64,000 bases of DNA from an archaeon (GCA_024276825.1 JAJRWI010000015.1:1-64000); one strand, 5' to 3'. Positions 48,614 to 58,699 are shown, counted from the first letter of the stretch. Notes: generated from the sequence alone by a model not told the origin. Translations and numbers: made by a program.

Positions 48614-49246
48614 TCATAAATGTCGAAGTCTGGGAAACAGCATCCCTGTTGATTTTTGGTATTCAATGTATCTATCACCAAAATATCTTACTAGCATGAC
48701 TTCTTCCCTTATTGCGACCGAGTAGTAGCCAGGAATGCCAATCAGAAGCATTAGAGTTACTAGTGAGGGAATTAGAATAAAAAGACCTGTGAAAATCATT
48801 ATGTATGATGAGTAAGATGGATGGCGTATTATCGAGTAAGGCCCCGTAGTCACAAGCTCATGATTTGCACTCATCTCCCACGATATTACTTTTGCCTTAC
48901 GTTCAGCTCTTGACCATAAATGAAAAACCAGCCCAATAACAACCATTGTTAGTCCCAGTATCCATATTGGTTCAGGAGGATCAATAATTTGGAATATAAT
49001 TAAGAAACTAAGCAAGCTGACATTTGCAGTCATCCATGATATAATGATCGCAAGAATTACTGCCATTGCTCCTAATGTAGATATAGCCACAGCAACAATT
49101 GCAAATGCAGAGTTTTGATCTTCAGAATTATGATACATTATTTCTGGTCTACTCTTAATCTTCCTGTAGTCATAGTAGAGATGAACAAGTATGTCAATGA
49201 ATACAATCGGAGTGATGAGAGTCCCAGTGATGCTCAGATCAAACAT
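48614..49246 (-). CDS. ICMT/PEMT-family membrane methyltransferase
   Basis: LVTTGPYSIIRHPSY, EEVML..FG..Y..Y. Confidence 0.85.
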   Translation of the reverse strand: MFDLSITGTLITPIVFIDILVHLYYDYRKIKSRPEIMYHNSEDQNSAFAIVAVAISTLGAMAVILAIIISWMTANVSLLSFLIIFQIIDPPEPIWILGLTMVVIGLVFHLWSRAERKAKVISWEMSANHELVTTGPYSIIRHPSYSSYIMIFTGLFILIPSLVTLMLLIGIPGYYSVAIREEVMLVRYFGDRYIEYQKSTGMLFPRLRHL

Positions 49247-49396
49247 GCGATGTTGATTGTATGTCTATTATAAAGAATTTATCAATAGATGATGATTTTT
49301 GCAGATTATTGCAATCGTAAGGCTTTATTACTGCAAGTTCTCTGGCCGCTTGCATCATTCGTGCATTAATATCACTACATACCTGAGGATACAGTC

Positions 49397-51361
49397 ATGG
49401 CCGAACCAAGAATAGGAGTTTTTCTCTGTCATTGTGGAAGCAATATAGCTGGGGTCGTTGATATTCCAAGAGTTCTTGAAGTAGTGAAGGGGCTCCCAAA
49501 TGTTATTCATGCAGAAGAGTACAAATATGTCTGCTCTAAGCCGGGACAGCAGATAATCAAGGACAGAATCAGAGAGCATGGCTTGACCAGAGTTGTCATA
49601 GGGGCATGTTCTCCCAGAATGCATGAAACCACCTTCAGGCAAACGATGCGAGAAGCAGACCTGAACCCATACCTCCTTGAGATTGCCAATATTCGAGAAC
49701 ACTGCTCATGGATCCATCAGGACAACCCTGAAGCTGCTACAGACAAGGCCATTGACTTGGTCAGGATGAGCATTGCACGGGCCAGACTTCTTGAACCGCT
49801 TGAGGAAACAGAGGTCGAGATCAAAAAGGCATCACTTGTGATTGGTGGTGGTATTGCGGGAATCTCAGCAGCCCTTGACCTTGCTAATGCAGGATTCAAG
49901 GTATACTTGATTGAGAAACGCCCATCGATTGGTGGAAACATGGCACGGATTGACAAGACATTCCCCACCCTCGATTGCTCCTCATGTATTCTGACACCAC
50001 GAATGGCTGAGGCCGGATCACATCCAAACATTGAGTTGTTGACACTTGCAAAGGTTGACAAGGTGGATGGATATGTGGGCAATTTCACCGTCACAATCAA
50101 GAAGCTGCCAAGGTATGTGGATATTGACAAATGCACATCTTGTGGGGACTGCGCTTCAATCTGTCCTGTAGACATCCCCTCAGAGTTTGATGCATTTCTA
50201 GCATATCGAAAGGCAATATACATCCCCTTTGCCCAAGCCGTCCCCTCTGCATATGTTTTGGACATGGAAAACTGCCTTGGTGTTGATGCAGTCAGATGTG
50301 GAAAATGCAAGACTGCGTGTGAGGCGGATGCTATAGACTATGATGATCATGAGAGGTTAATCAAAGTAGAGGTCGGTACAATAATTGTTGCAACGGGCTA
50401 CGAGATCTTTGATGCTTCTCAAAAGGAAGAGTATGGCTATGGCGAGTTTCCAAATGTGGTCAACTTGATGGAAGTCGAACGAATGTTGAACTCTGCAGGA
50501 CCGACTCAGGGACACATCACAAGACCCTCAGACTTAAAGGAGGCCAAACGCATTGTATATGTTCAATGCGTTGGAAGCCGGGATGAACGAACGAACAGTT
50601 ATTGCTCTCGGGTATGTTGCATGACTGCAGTGAAGCAGGCAAGAATGATTCGTGAAAAGACTGGTGCGGAGGTCTATGTGTTCTATATTGATCTGCGCTC
50701 ATTTGGCAAGGGATATGAGGAGTTCTATGAAACTACAGCTCGGCAGGGAGTGACGTTCATCCGAGGGCGTGTTGGAGAGATCATTGAGGACCTAGATACT
50801 CACAATTTGACTGTCAGGGGCGAGGACACACTTCTTAGCAAACCAATTGAATTACATGATGTTGATCTCGTTGTTCTCTCCACGGGCATTGTCCCACCAG
50901 TTGATGTAAGAGAAGTCGCCAAAGCTCTTAACCTGAGTTTCTCGCCTGACGGATTTCTCATGGAAGCCCATCCGAAACTCAGGCCTGTTGACTCGTTCAA
51001 CGATGGGGTCTTTGTTGCTGGAATGGCACAGGGCCCCAAAGATATCCCCGACACCGTGGCTCAAGCAAAGGCGGCAGCTGCAGGAGCAATGGCCCTGATG
51101 GGTAGAGGAAAGATAACAATCGAGCCATATTACTCTGTTATAGATGAGGACAGGTGTTCTGGCTGTAAAGTGTGTGTCACAGTCTGCCCATATAGTGCGA
51201 TCAGAATTAATGAACGAGGGCATGCAGAAGTCAATCCTGCTCTCTGTAAGGGATGCGGTACATGCACAGCATCATGCACAAGTGGTGCCATAAAGTCCCA
51301 ACATTACACCGACGGACAGATAGCTGCAATGATTGAAGAGTACCTGTCAACTTTTGAGTGA
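49397..51361 (+). CDS. hdrA: Heterodisulfide reductase subunit A family
   Basis: CHCG, CSP, NIREHCSW, GGGIAG, DKTFPTLDCSSC, CSRVCC, HPKLRP. Confidence 0.95.
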   Translation: MAEPRIGVFLCHCGSNIAGVVDIPRVLEVVKGLPNVIHAEEYKYVCSKPGQQIIKDRIREHGLTRVVIGACSPRMHETTFRQTMREADLNPYLLEIANIREHCSWIHQDNPEAATDKAIDLVRMSIARARLLEPLEETEVEIKKASLVIGGGIAGISAALDLANAGFKVYLIEKRPSIGGNMARIDKTFPTLDCSSCILTPRMAEAGSHPNIELLTLAKVDKVDGYVGNFTVTIKKLPRYVDIDKCTSCGDCASICPVDIPSEFDAFLAYRKAIYIPFAQAVPSAYVLDMENCLGVDAVRCGKCKTACEADAIDYDDHERLIKVEVGTIIVATGYEIFDASQKEEYGYGEFPNVVNLMEVERMLNSAGPTQGHITRPSDLKEAKRIVYVQCVGSRDERTNSYCSRVCCMTAVKQARMIREKTGAEVYVFYIDLRSFGKGYEEFYETTARQGVTFIRGRVGEIIEDLDTHNLTVRGEDTLLSKPIELHDVDLVVLSTGIVPPVDVREVAKALNLSFSPDGFLMEAHPKLRPVDSFNDGVFVAGMAQGPKDIPDTVAQAKAAAAGAMALMGRGKITIEPYYSVIDEDRCSGCKVCVTVCPYSAIRINERGHAEVNPALCKGCGTCTASCTSGAIKSQHYTDGQIAAMIEEYLSTFE

Positions 51362-51392
51362 TGGTGGTCAGAGTAGAAGTGAGTGATTTCAG

Positions 51393-52010
51393 TTGAGAGA
51401 GAGAGACCTTACTACAGCAGTTCTTGCTGGGGGCAATTCTGAACGATTTGGGTCATATAAGGCCCTTGCACACTTTAGAGGGACTCCTCTAATCAAACAT
51501 ATGGTAGAGATTGCAAAACATCTCTCCGAAAAGATACTGATTGTGGTTTCAAATGATGAGCAGAGAGCAGAGATTGAGAACATTGTTAGTAAAGTGAAGA
51601 TTGTTACTGATCCTGCAAACGCGCCACGTTGCGCTCTCACAGGAGCCATTACTGCCTTTGAGTTTGCAGACACAAAACACACTATGCTCCTGCCAGTTGA
51701 TACTCCCTTAGCAAGAGTGGAGATACTACAGATAATAGCTGATCTTGCAGGTCTACACGGAGCTGTGATTCCAACCTGGCCCAACGGGTACATTGAGCCA
51801 TTACATTCAGTGTATCATTCAGAGCATGCATATGGCCAAGGGCTCAAGGTCATCCGTGAAGGTAGTCACAAAATGAAGGACATGATAGCCTCCCTTGAAA
51901 ACGTGCTTGGGATCTCAACACATGTGTTGAAGCAGTTTGATCCGGATCTGTTGACCTTCAGGAATGTCAACACAAGGGATGATCTGAGAGAACTTGAGAG
52001 ATTGGTCTAG
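51393..52010 (+). CDS. mobA: Molybdenum cofactor guanylyltransferase
   Basis: LAGGNSERFG..K, PVDTP, EPL, NVNT. Confidence 0.88.
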   Translation: MRERDLTTAVLAGGNSERFGSYKALAHFRGTPLIKHMVEIAKHLSEKILIVVSNDEQRAEIENIVSKVKIVTDPANAPRCALTGAITAFEFADTKHTMLLPVDTPLARVEILQIIADLAGLHGAVIPTWPNGYIEPLHSVYHSEHAYGQGLKVIREGSHKMKDMIASLENVLGISTHVLKQFDPDLLTFRNVNTRDDLRELERLV

Positions 52011-53086
52011 AGGGCTCCGCTCTCATGATGAATTCTGCAAGTGCCTTCATGGCCGACCATACATGGGCCATATGGGTCTTCGGGAGTGCATCGTTTTCCA
52101 AAGAGCTTGCACTCTTTGGGTTCTATCATTCCCAAAATGACCTCATGGCATCTACAGCCCGGCAGAATGTCAATCGACTCGATTGGGGAAAAGTCGTATC
52201 TTTCGCGTGCATCATGTCTTGCGAACTCATCACGAATGTAGTATCCTGATTTCTTGATGACTCCGAGACCTCGCCATGGTGCGTCATCAATATAGAATGC
52301 GTGCCTGAGCATCTTCTGTGCCACAAGGTTGCCCTCTGGCTTGACTACACGGGTATACTCGTTCTCAGAAGTCGCCCTGCCATCATTAATCTGGTTAAGG
52401 ATCATTCTAATTGCCTCTAGTACATCAAGAGGCTCAAACCCTGCGGCCACACAGGGCACCCTGTGTTTTTCCGCAAAGGGCCTGAATGCGTTTGTTCCAA
52501 TGATTGTGCTCACATGCCCTGGTGTAATAAAGCCATCAACATTGAACCCTTCAAGGCTGACGAGTATCTCCATTGCTGGGGGAATTACCTTAAGAGATGT
52601 GAGAATGGAGAAGTTATCAGGAGGCCCCCTCAGAATCTCAACAGCCATTGTGGGTGCAGTGGTCTCGAAACCAGCACCGATGAAGATCACATCCTTTTCA
52701 GGGTTCGCCTTTGCAATCTCGACTGCCTCATTTACGCCGTAAACTACTCTAACATCAGCGCCACGCATCCGCTCTTTCACTAGGGAAGAGGAAGTGGATG
52801 GGACTTGAATCATGTCTCCAAATGATGTAATAATGTGTCCCATTCGTGCCAACTCAATTGCCATATCAACGTCCTCAGCGGCACATACACAGACGGGACA
52901 TCCTGGACCAGCCACAAGTTTGATGTTATTTGGCAGAATCGAGCGTAATCCATGCCTTGTGATTGTGTCTTCATGAGTACCACATACATGAACAATTCGA
53001 ATGTTCTTCCCTTCACTCAATTGTTCAATTTCCTGAGCAATGGCCTTGGCATATTTAGAATCTCGGAAAGGACGAGTGTCAATCAT
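52007..53086 (-). CDS. hypD: Hydrogenase maturation protein HypD
   Basis: CGTH, GPGCPVC, GFETT, PGHVS, C-terminal Cys cluster. Confidence 0.96.
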   Translation of the reverse strand: MIDTRPFRDSKYAKAIAQEIEQLSEGKNIRIVHVCGTHEDTITRHGLRSILPNNIKLVAGPGCPVCVCAAEDVDMAIELARMGHIITSFGDMIQVPSTSSSLVKERMRGADVRVVYGVNEAVEIAKANPEKDVIFIGAGFETTAPTMAVEILRGPPDNFSILTSLKVIPPAMEILVSLEGFNVDGFITPGHVSTIIGTNAFRPFAEKHRVPCVAAGFEPLDVLEAIRMILNQINDGRATSENEYTRVVKPEGNLVAQKMLRHAFYIDDAPWRGLGVIKKSGYYIRDEFARHDARERYDFSPIESIDILPGCRCHEVILGMIEPKECKLFGKRCTPEDPYGPCMVGHEGTCRIHHESGAL

Positions 53087-53154
53087 AATGAATCAGACCA
53101 TCAATGCAATGATTATTCTGCATAAAAGAAGTAGGCTATGGCAAGGCAATCAGA

Positions 53155-53472
53155 TCAATGAGTTTGAAGAGTGACGAACTCATCAATTATGACCATTGCC
53201 TCGCCAAGTGATATTGACAGTAGACTGGCCAATTGTTTTGGCGTTATAGAAGGATTATTGTTCAGAATATTGTTCCATGCGTATCCTGCAATATTGGGAT
53301 ACAGTGGATTTCTCTTGACAGTTTCCACCAGAATCTCCCAGAAGTATGTACGTTTTAGCTCAGCAATATTAGTATCCAGCATTGGTAATGGAACACTTCC
53401 ACTGCTCACAATTTCAGGAGGTTGAATTGGAGAATCATCATCACTGAGATCAGATAGCCTTGCCTGTTTCAC
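53155..53472 (-). CDS. Small hypothetical HTH protein
   Basis: ITPKQLASLLSISLGEA, HTH-like. Confidence 0.55.
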   Translation of the reverse strand: MKQARLSDLSDDDSPIQPPEIVSSGSVPLPMLDTNIAELKRTYFWEILVETVKRNPLYPNIAGYAWNNILNNNPSITPKQLASLLSISLGEAMVIIDEFVTLQTH

Positions 53473-53690
53473 TTAGACGTCCCTTCCCGGCGTTATACGA
53501 GTCTGGGCTAAGACTCGAAGTAATAATGGAACTATCCCATTATAAGCATTGAGGCGTTCTGTTATGCATTTTAGTTAGAATAGATGATGATTTGATTAAA
53601 TAAGTAGCAGCGATGAAAAGGACTACGTAGGAATATTTAACAGTCTATTATGATGAGGACTACAAGAAATAGACCACTAAGGTCAATAAT

Positions 53691-54005
53691 ATGGGGTTTG
53701 GAATCAAAGTGCCTGAAGGAATAAGGCGCCTAGTACTAGATGTTTTGAAACCACACGAACCGTTGTTAACGGATTTAGCGTTAATGGTGTCTCGTGATAA
53801 AAATGTGAGTGGAGTGAACATCAGCCTGAAAGAGGTTGATCAGAACACAGAGTCTATCACCATCACACTTGAGGGTGATAATCTGGACTATATGGCAATC
53901 AAAGAGATTCTTGAGCAGGCGGGTGCAGTCATCCACTCAATAGATCAGGTTGTAGCAGGTCGAAGATTCGTTGAGGAAGTGAATTTGCAACCAGAGAATA
54001 GTTAG
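53691..54005 (+). CDS. DUF211-family protein
   Basis: IRRLVLDVLKPH...IHSIDQV. Confidence 0.88.
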   Translation: MGFGIKVPEGIRRLVLDVLKPHEPLLTDLALMVSRDKNVSGVNISLKEVDQNTESITITLEGDNLDYMAIKEILEQAGAVIHSIDQVVAGRRFVEEVNLQPENS

Positions 54006-54006
54006 T

Positions 54007-54663
54007 TCATGGCGACTTGCCATGTATCTCTGAGAGCAATTTTTCACTCTCCTCCTCTATTTTACGCTGAACTAGATTAAACAGTTCCTGCTCGAAGGCA
54101 GAGGGAAGAATTTTTACAACATTAATGAGTTGATCAACAATTTTCTCAGTCAGAGCATCAGCCGCTTTGAAAACGCCCTTTACAATGCTTCTGACAATTT
54201 CTTCACCCACACTATTACGAACAACTGAATTGATCACAGAAGTGATTGTTCCCTGCGGGTCTAAGAAGAAGGGCAGATGATTCTTGTCCCGGAGTACTGC
54301 AAAACCCAGTTTTTCAGCAATACACTCAGTATACCATTCAAGACTGGACTCTTTCAGCAACAGCTTGTTTGCAAACTCGGTCTTTGTGAGGGGGTTTGGA
54401 TAACTCCATGCATGCCGAATTACCATGTACAAGGCGGCACCGAAGAACGGCTCTGACTCGCGAGGGAGACCTTCCTGAAACACATATCTGCGTATGAGAT
54501 CAAGAGCAAGAAACTCATACCTTTCGTCCACATTATATTCTGCAAAGAATTCATGAGCATCTCTCACTGTATTCACGATAATGTGGGGACTCGCACCAAT
54601 GTCAATACCCTCGCTATGATACAAATCACGCATATCTCCATGCATTATTAGTTGATAACTCAT
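54007..54663 (-). CDS. Hypothetical protein with one TFIIB/cyclin-like repeat
   Basis: GAALYMVIR...PLTKTEFA resembles the TFB AASIYLSCR...PRQLDEI segment. Confidence 0.55.
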   Translation of the reverse strand: MSYQLIMHGDMRDLYHSEGIDIGASPHIIVNTVRDAHEFFAEYNVDERYEFLALDLIRRYVFQEGLPRESEPFFGAALYMVIRHAWSYPNPLTKTEFANKLLLKESSLEWYTECIAEKLGFAVLRDKNHLPFFLDPQGTITSVINSVVRNSVGEEIVRSIVKGVFKAADALTEKIVDQLINVVKILPSAFEQELFNLVQRKIEEESEKLLSEIHGKSP

Positions 54664-54723
54664 GATTAAAGCTTAATATTTCTGTTGCATAGAATAGCAG
54701 TGGGGCGCGTTAAGAAACTCCAG

Positions 54724-55314
54724 TCATTTTTCCTTGTATGTCTTCTCAAGAGTCCAACGAACACGTCTCTGAATATCTTTAAGGCGCTCCTCACTTCCAT
54801 AGTTCTTTATCACGAGTTTCTTCAATATTCCATCTTCTGCAATCACTTCAAAATCAAAGGCGTCATTCCATTCAATCTCGCCATTCTCCACCCTGTGCCT
54901 GTCCTCTTGTTGATATCCGCCCAATGTGCGTTCGGTCAGAAATCTGGCAAAGGCACCGAGTTTGATGTCATATACAGCATGGTCAGCAGGGATTATTGTG
55001 ATTGTGCGTTCATCCACTATCATTGTTGCAAGATTTAGATTGCGTTGCTTGTTCATCAGGACAATCTCATATGGGAATGTACGCTCGGGCGGTTTGGTCA
55101 TGGAAGCTTGTGGTGCGGATGAGGATGTAGGAGGTTCAGCTTTAAGGCCAACATCAGCAGTCGAAAAGCTGCTTTTGCTAATCATCGAGTCAATCAGTTG
55201 CAAGTATTCCTCTAATTTGGCAGTCATGCTTGTTACCTTGTCAATATACTCCACAATGCCTTTCTTCAGGGCCAGGAGGTTCTTGATGGTTTCATCATCC
55301 ATGGTCAGCACCAA
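54724..55314 (-). CDS. Hypothetical protein with N-terminal coiled coil
   Basis: 196-aa ORF. Confidence 0.7.
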   Translation of the reverse strand: MVLTMDDETIKNLLALKKGIVEYIDKVTSMTAKLEEYLQLIDSMISKSSFSTADVGLKAEPPTSSSAPQASMTKPPERTFPYEIVLMNKQRNLNLATMIVDERTITIIPADHAVYDIKLGAFARFLTERTLGGYQQEDRHRVENGEIEWNDAFDFEVIAEDGILKKLVIKNYGSEERLKDIQRRVRWTLEKTYKEK

Positions 55315-55395
55315 CTCTGCAGTGCAATTCTTTCACACTATAACATATGATATCTTGTGTTATTGAATTCATGCATTACGTATTTCAAGAAAGAA

Positions 55396-55617
55396 TCATT
55401 CTTCTGCATGGACCGAGATGGCAAAATCCGGGCATTCTAGCTCGCACAGGCGACAGAGCTTGCATGCATCCAAATCTACAACCTCGGGCAGGAAGAAGCC
55501 TCTATTATCAACATGTTCAGAAACCTTGAGGACATTCTGAGGACACACATGAATGCAAATGTGGCATCCTTTACAGAGTTTGGCATCTATGATTATCGTT
55601 GATGCTTTCCTTGCCAT
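55396..55617 (-). CDS. 2x[4Fe-4S] ferredoxin (KorD/VorD-like)
   Basis: CKGCHICIHVCP and CKLCRLCELECPDFAI. Confidence 0.9.
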   Translation of the reverse strand: MARKASTIIIDAKLCKGCHICIHVCPQNVLKVSEHVDNRGFFLPEVVDLDACKLCRLCELECPDFAISVHAEE

Positions 55618-55736
55618 TTATTGTTCCTCATGTCGAGCCTGAGCTATTAGTGATATAACAATTCTCATAGGTCAATTTTTGAGTGATGATTATATATTGC
55701 AAGTCAGTATTTGAGATATAATAAGGTGATTATTGC

Positions 55737-56453
55737 TTGAGGTCTTTCCTTGTGTTTGCCTGCCCAAAGTGCAAGAACTTTACGAATGCGCCTGTTGGAC
55801 AGAAGAGAAGACGTTGCAGCTATTGTGGTCATATAATTGATATCTCAAGGGCGCAATGTGCTCATTTTGACAGTCCAGAGGCTGCACAACATGCAGTAAA
55901 GGAGTTCAATGCCTCCCGGGGCGGTGACGAGTTTCAGAGGGCAGTAGAGCGCTCAAGAGAAAAGATACGATCATTGGTGCCACGAGAAAGAGTTTCAGGA
56001 GCGGGTCTGGTTGAAGAGGGCACTCGAACCCTACAGACTGGGAAGAGAAGGGTGTTGTTGAATCTTCTCGAACAGTCAGCCAGTCAGAAACCGTGTTCAT
56101 TGGATGAGTTTGCAGAGTTGTGCAGAAGACACAATCTGGACTGGTCATGGGTGGAGGAGCAATTGATCAAGTTGTCCAATCAAGGAGTGATTATATTTCC
56201 GAGGCCCTGGTCAATTCGGATTGTTCAGACTCAGAGTCATTCAAAAGCCAAGAAGTCAGCGTCAGCAGACATCACAGGAGAGGTGCGTCATTTTCTCCAT
56301 GAACATGGGGGTTCAGCAAAGGTTAGTGATATCATCAGTCATTTCAGTGACAGAGGGATTGCCGAGTCCTTGGTTGATAAGGCCCTAGACAAGATGATGC
56401 GCTCTGGCGAGATATATCAACCTAGTGCGAGTGAGGTCAAGCTGATAGATTAG
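55737..56453 (+). CDS. Zn-ribbon plus wHTH domain protein
   Basis: CPKC...CSYC at the N-terminus; wHTH-like C-terminus (LDKMMRSGEIYQP). Confidence 0.7.
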   Translation: MRSFLVFACPKCKNFTNAPVGQKRRRCSYCGHIIDISRAQCAHFDSPEAAQHAVKEFNASRGGDEFQRAVERSREKIRSLVPRERVSGAGLVEEGTRTLQTGKRRVLLNLLEQSASQKPCSLDEFAELCRRHNLDWSWVEEQLIKLSNQGVIIFPRPWSIRIVQTQSHSKAKKSASADITGEVRHFLHEHGGSAKVSDIISHFSDRGIAESLVDKALDKMMRSGEIYQPSASEVKLID

Positions 56454-56481
56454 TTCAATAGGCTTTGAATCATGATAATAG

Positions 56482-56880
56482 ATGAGAATTATGCCCATTG
56501 TTGAACTGGTCGCAAAGAAGGCCCTTGAGAGGAATCCAAGCCTAGGGATTAGTGTGATTGACATGATAGTACTCCTATGGCTCTATACCAATCCATACTC
56601 CAGCCATAGGAGACAGATCAGCAGCATGAAAAATGTTCTAAAGATGACAGAGAGCTTGCAGGGTGCAGCTGGTACTGTAGAGATCACCGATGAGGAGCTG
56701 ACACAGATTGTCCTCTCAAGTCTCACAAGATTGAAAGAAATGGGTCTTGTGTATCTTCAGTCAGCAGGCATACATTTCATAAAGGGAACACTCACACAGA
56801 AAGGGATAGATCTCATTGAGGAGTCCATCCAGACACCAGTACTAAGGAGGGTGACCTCAGAGTTTGGTAACAACCCATGA
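56482..56880 (+). CDS. Hypothetical wHTH-like protein
   Basis: LTRLKEMGLV...LTQKG wing motif. Confidence 0.65.
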   Translation: MRIMPIVELVAKKALERNPSLGISVIDMIVLLWLYTNPYSSHRRQISSMKNVLKMTESLQGAAGTVEITDEELTQIVLSSLTRLKEMGLVYLQSAGIHFIKGTLTQKGIDLIEESIQTPVLRRVTSEFGNNP

Positions 56881-56948
56881 GATAGAATTTCTGTTGAAAA
56901 GGTATTGAAGCGAATGTTTAAATGTAAAATGTTTCCGAAAAGCCAAGT

Positions 56949-57122
56949 CGCTCTCTGATGACGACTGTTTCAGAACAGAAGGAAGCAGTGCAAGCCTCTG
57001 GTTCTGCTCGCGAGAACGGCTTGTAAACGTGTGCCGGAAATGTTCTGAAGTGGTCGATTAGGGCGCCAAAAGGACTGACACCTTACGCATAAGTAGTGCG
57101 TAGTAATTGCACAGTCAAAACA
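56949..57122 (+). ncRNA. Structured RNA leader upstream of the ribosomal protein cluster
   Basis: 16-bp helix 56962-56977/57041-57056 with G-U pairs on the + strand, nested helices and a second hairpin. TATA-like TTTAAAT at 56917. Confidence 0.6.
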
Positions 57123-57137
57123 CCTGAGGTGAGGCAA

Positions 57138-57602
57138 ATGCCATCATATGGATATTCGATCATAGGCATCGATCCTGACAGAACAGCAGTAGCCAGTGGC
57201 AGGAATATGCGATGTTCCCCAAAGCATAGCAGAGAGATATGTAATACTATCAAGGGAATGATGCTTGACAAGGCAATAGAGCTATTAGAGAGTGTGATCG
57301 AGCAAAAAGCTTGGATTCCTTATAGACGACATAAGAAGAAGAGGGGTCATCATTCAGGAATGAAGAAGTGGATGGCAGGAGGTCACCCTGTAAAGGCGTC
57401 CAAATACATTCTCAAGGTGCTCAAGAATGCGGAAGCCAATGCTGATGACAAAGGACTTGATATCGATAGACTAAGAGTGTTTCATGCAGCTGCACATAAA
57501 GGCAGAACATACAAGGCGTACATTGAGAGAGCATTTGGAAGAAGCACTCCATATTTTGAGATTACCACTCATGTTGAAATTGTATTGGAAGAGGTGGGCT
57601 AG
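57138..57602 (+). CDS. rpl22: 50S ribosomal protein uL22
   Basis: SPKHSREIC, NAEANA, RAFGR; SD GAGGTGA before ATG 57138. Confidence 0.95.
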   Translation: MPSYGYSIIGIDPDRTAVASGRNMRCSPKHSREICNTIKGMMLDKAIELLESVIEQKAWIPYRRHKKKRGHHSGMKKWMAGGHPVKASKYILKVLKNAEANADDKGLDIDRLRVFHAAAHKGRTYKAYIERAFGRSTPYFEITTHVEIVLEEVG

Positions 57603-58484
57603 TTGTCTGCTGTTAAATACTTCATAGATATGAACTCCAGGAAGCTCCGAGTAGATGAGTATCTCGCACGAGAACTCAACTCTGCTGGTTATGGTGGAGT
57701 CGACATTCGAAAGATCTCGATGAAGACAGAAGTGATAATCTATGCTTCTAGACCTGGTGTTGTCATTGGAAGGCGAGGGGCAAAGATCAGGGAGTTGACA
57801 GACACTCTTGAAAACGAGTTTGGCATAGAGAAGCCACAGATTGAAGTCAGTGAGATCGAGTCGCCATGGCTAAATGCTCAGGTAATGGCTTCAAGACTGG
57901 CCAGACAGCTTGAGAGGGGTGTCAGATTCAGAAGGATGGCATATTGGATACTGAGAAGAGTAATGCGTGCAGGAGCAATCGGTTGTGAGATCATTATTAG
58001 TGGAAAACTATCAAGCAGAAGAGCACGTTATCAGAAGTTTAGGCAGGGCACTATTGCCAAGACTGGTGAACCATCCGACCTTTATGTCGACGAGGCTTAC
58101 GACATTGCCATTTTGAAACCAGGAGTGATTGGAATTAAAGTCAGGATAATGAAGCCTGATGCGAAACTTCCGGGGATTATAAATGTGAAAGTACCAAAGG
58201 TGCGTAAGGCCACCGAACTAACTCGTAAACCAGAAGTCATTGAGGAGGTGCCTGAGGGGGCAGAGGCCATTGAGGAGGTGCCTGAGGGAATAGCTGACAT
58301 TGAAGAGCTTCGTGAGCTTGAGGAGCTTGATGGCTTAGAACTACTAGATGAAACAGAGGTGGAGCCAGAAGAACCACCCGCAGAAGAGAAGCCTCCAGAA
58401 GAGGAGGAGGAGGCCGTGGACACATCTTCAGTGGATGATCTGAGCGAGTTGGACGAATTGGATAACCTTGACAAGGAGGAGTAA
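57603..58484 (+). CDS. rps3: 30S ribosomal protein uS3 with long acidic tail
   Basis: RPGVVIGRRG KH motif, ISGKL, GVIGIKV. Confidence 0.95.
   Translation: MSAVKYFIDMNSRKLRVDEYLARELNSAGYGGVDIRKISMKTEVIIYASRPGVVIGRRGAKIRELTDTLENEFGIEKPQIEVSEIESPWLNAQVMASRLARQLERGVRFRRMAYWILRRVMRAGAIGCEIIISGKLSSRRARYQKFRQGTIAKTGEPSDLYVDEAYDIAILKPGVIGIKVRIMKPDAKLPGIINVKVPKVRKATELTRKPEVIEEVPEGAEAIEEVPEGIADIEELRELEELDGLELLDETEVEPEEPPAEEKPPEEEEEAVDTSSVDDLSELDELDNLDKEE
58238..58306 (+). repeat. 30-nt-period tandem repeat in the rps3 tail
   Basis: CATTGAGGAGGTGCCTGAGGG at 58238 and 58268, partial third copy at 58298 (IEEVPEG x2). Confidence 0.8.
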
Positions 58485-58486
58485 TT

Positions 58487-58699
58487 ATGGCTAGACTTAC
58501 TGCTAAAGACATTCGGAACCTCACCCCCACAGAGAGAGAGAAGAAGCTAGAGGAGCTCTATAACGAGCTATCCAGTGTCAGGATTCAATTGGCCACAGGT
58601 GGGGGTACTGAGAACCCATACAAGATTCGTTCAATCAAGAGGGCAATAGCCCGAATCTTAACAATTCAGAGAGAAGAAGAACTGGAGGCTTTGAAGTGA
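58487..58699 (+). CDS. rpl29: 50S ribosomal protein uL29
   Basis: ENPYKIRSIKRAIARILT. Confidence 0.93.
   Translation: MARLTAKDIRNLTPTEREKKLEELYNELSSVRIQLATGGGTENPYKIRSIKRAIARILTIQREEELEALK

Noticed and set aside
49397-51361. HdrA as a selenoprotein
   Set aside because: The frame is uninterrupted and the TLDCSSC motif has Cys codons; the terminal TGA falls at the normal C-terminus.
56970-56990. GAAGGAAGCAG resembling SRP RNA helix 8, and nearby CTGATGA resembling a hammerhead core
   Set aside because: The pairing partners needed for either fold are absent, and the flanking bases fit a different long helix.
57600-57605. rpl22 TAG directly followed in frame by the rps3 TTG (possible readthrough fusion)
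   Set aside because: Both proteins are complete and rps3 has its own GAGGTG SD; this is ordinary tight packing.
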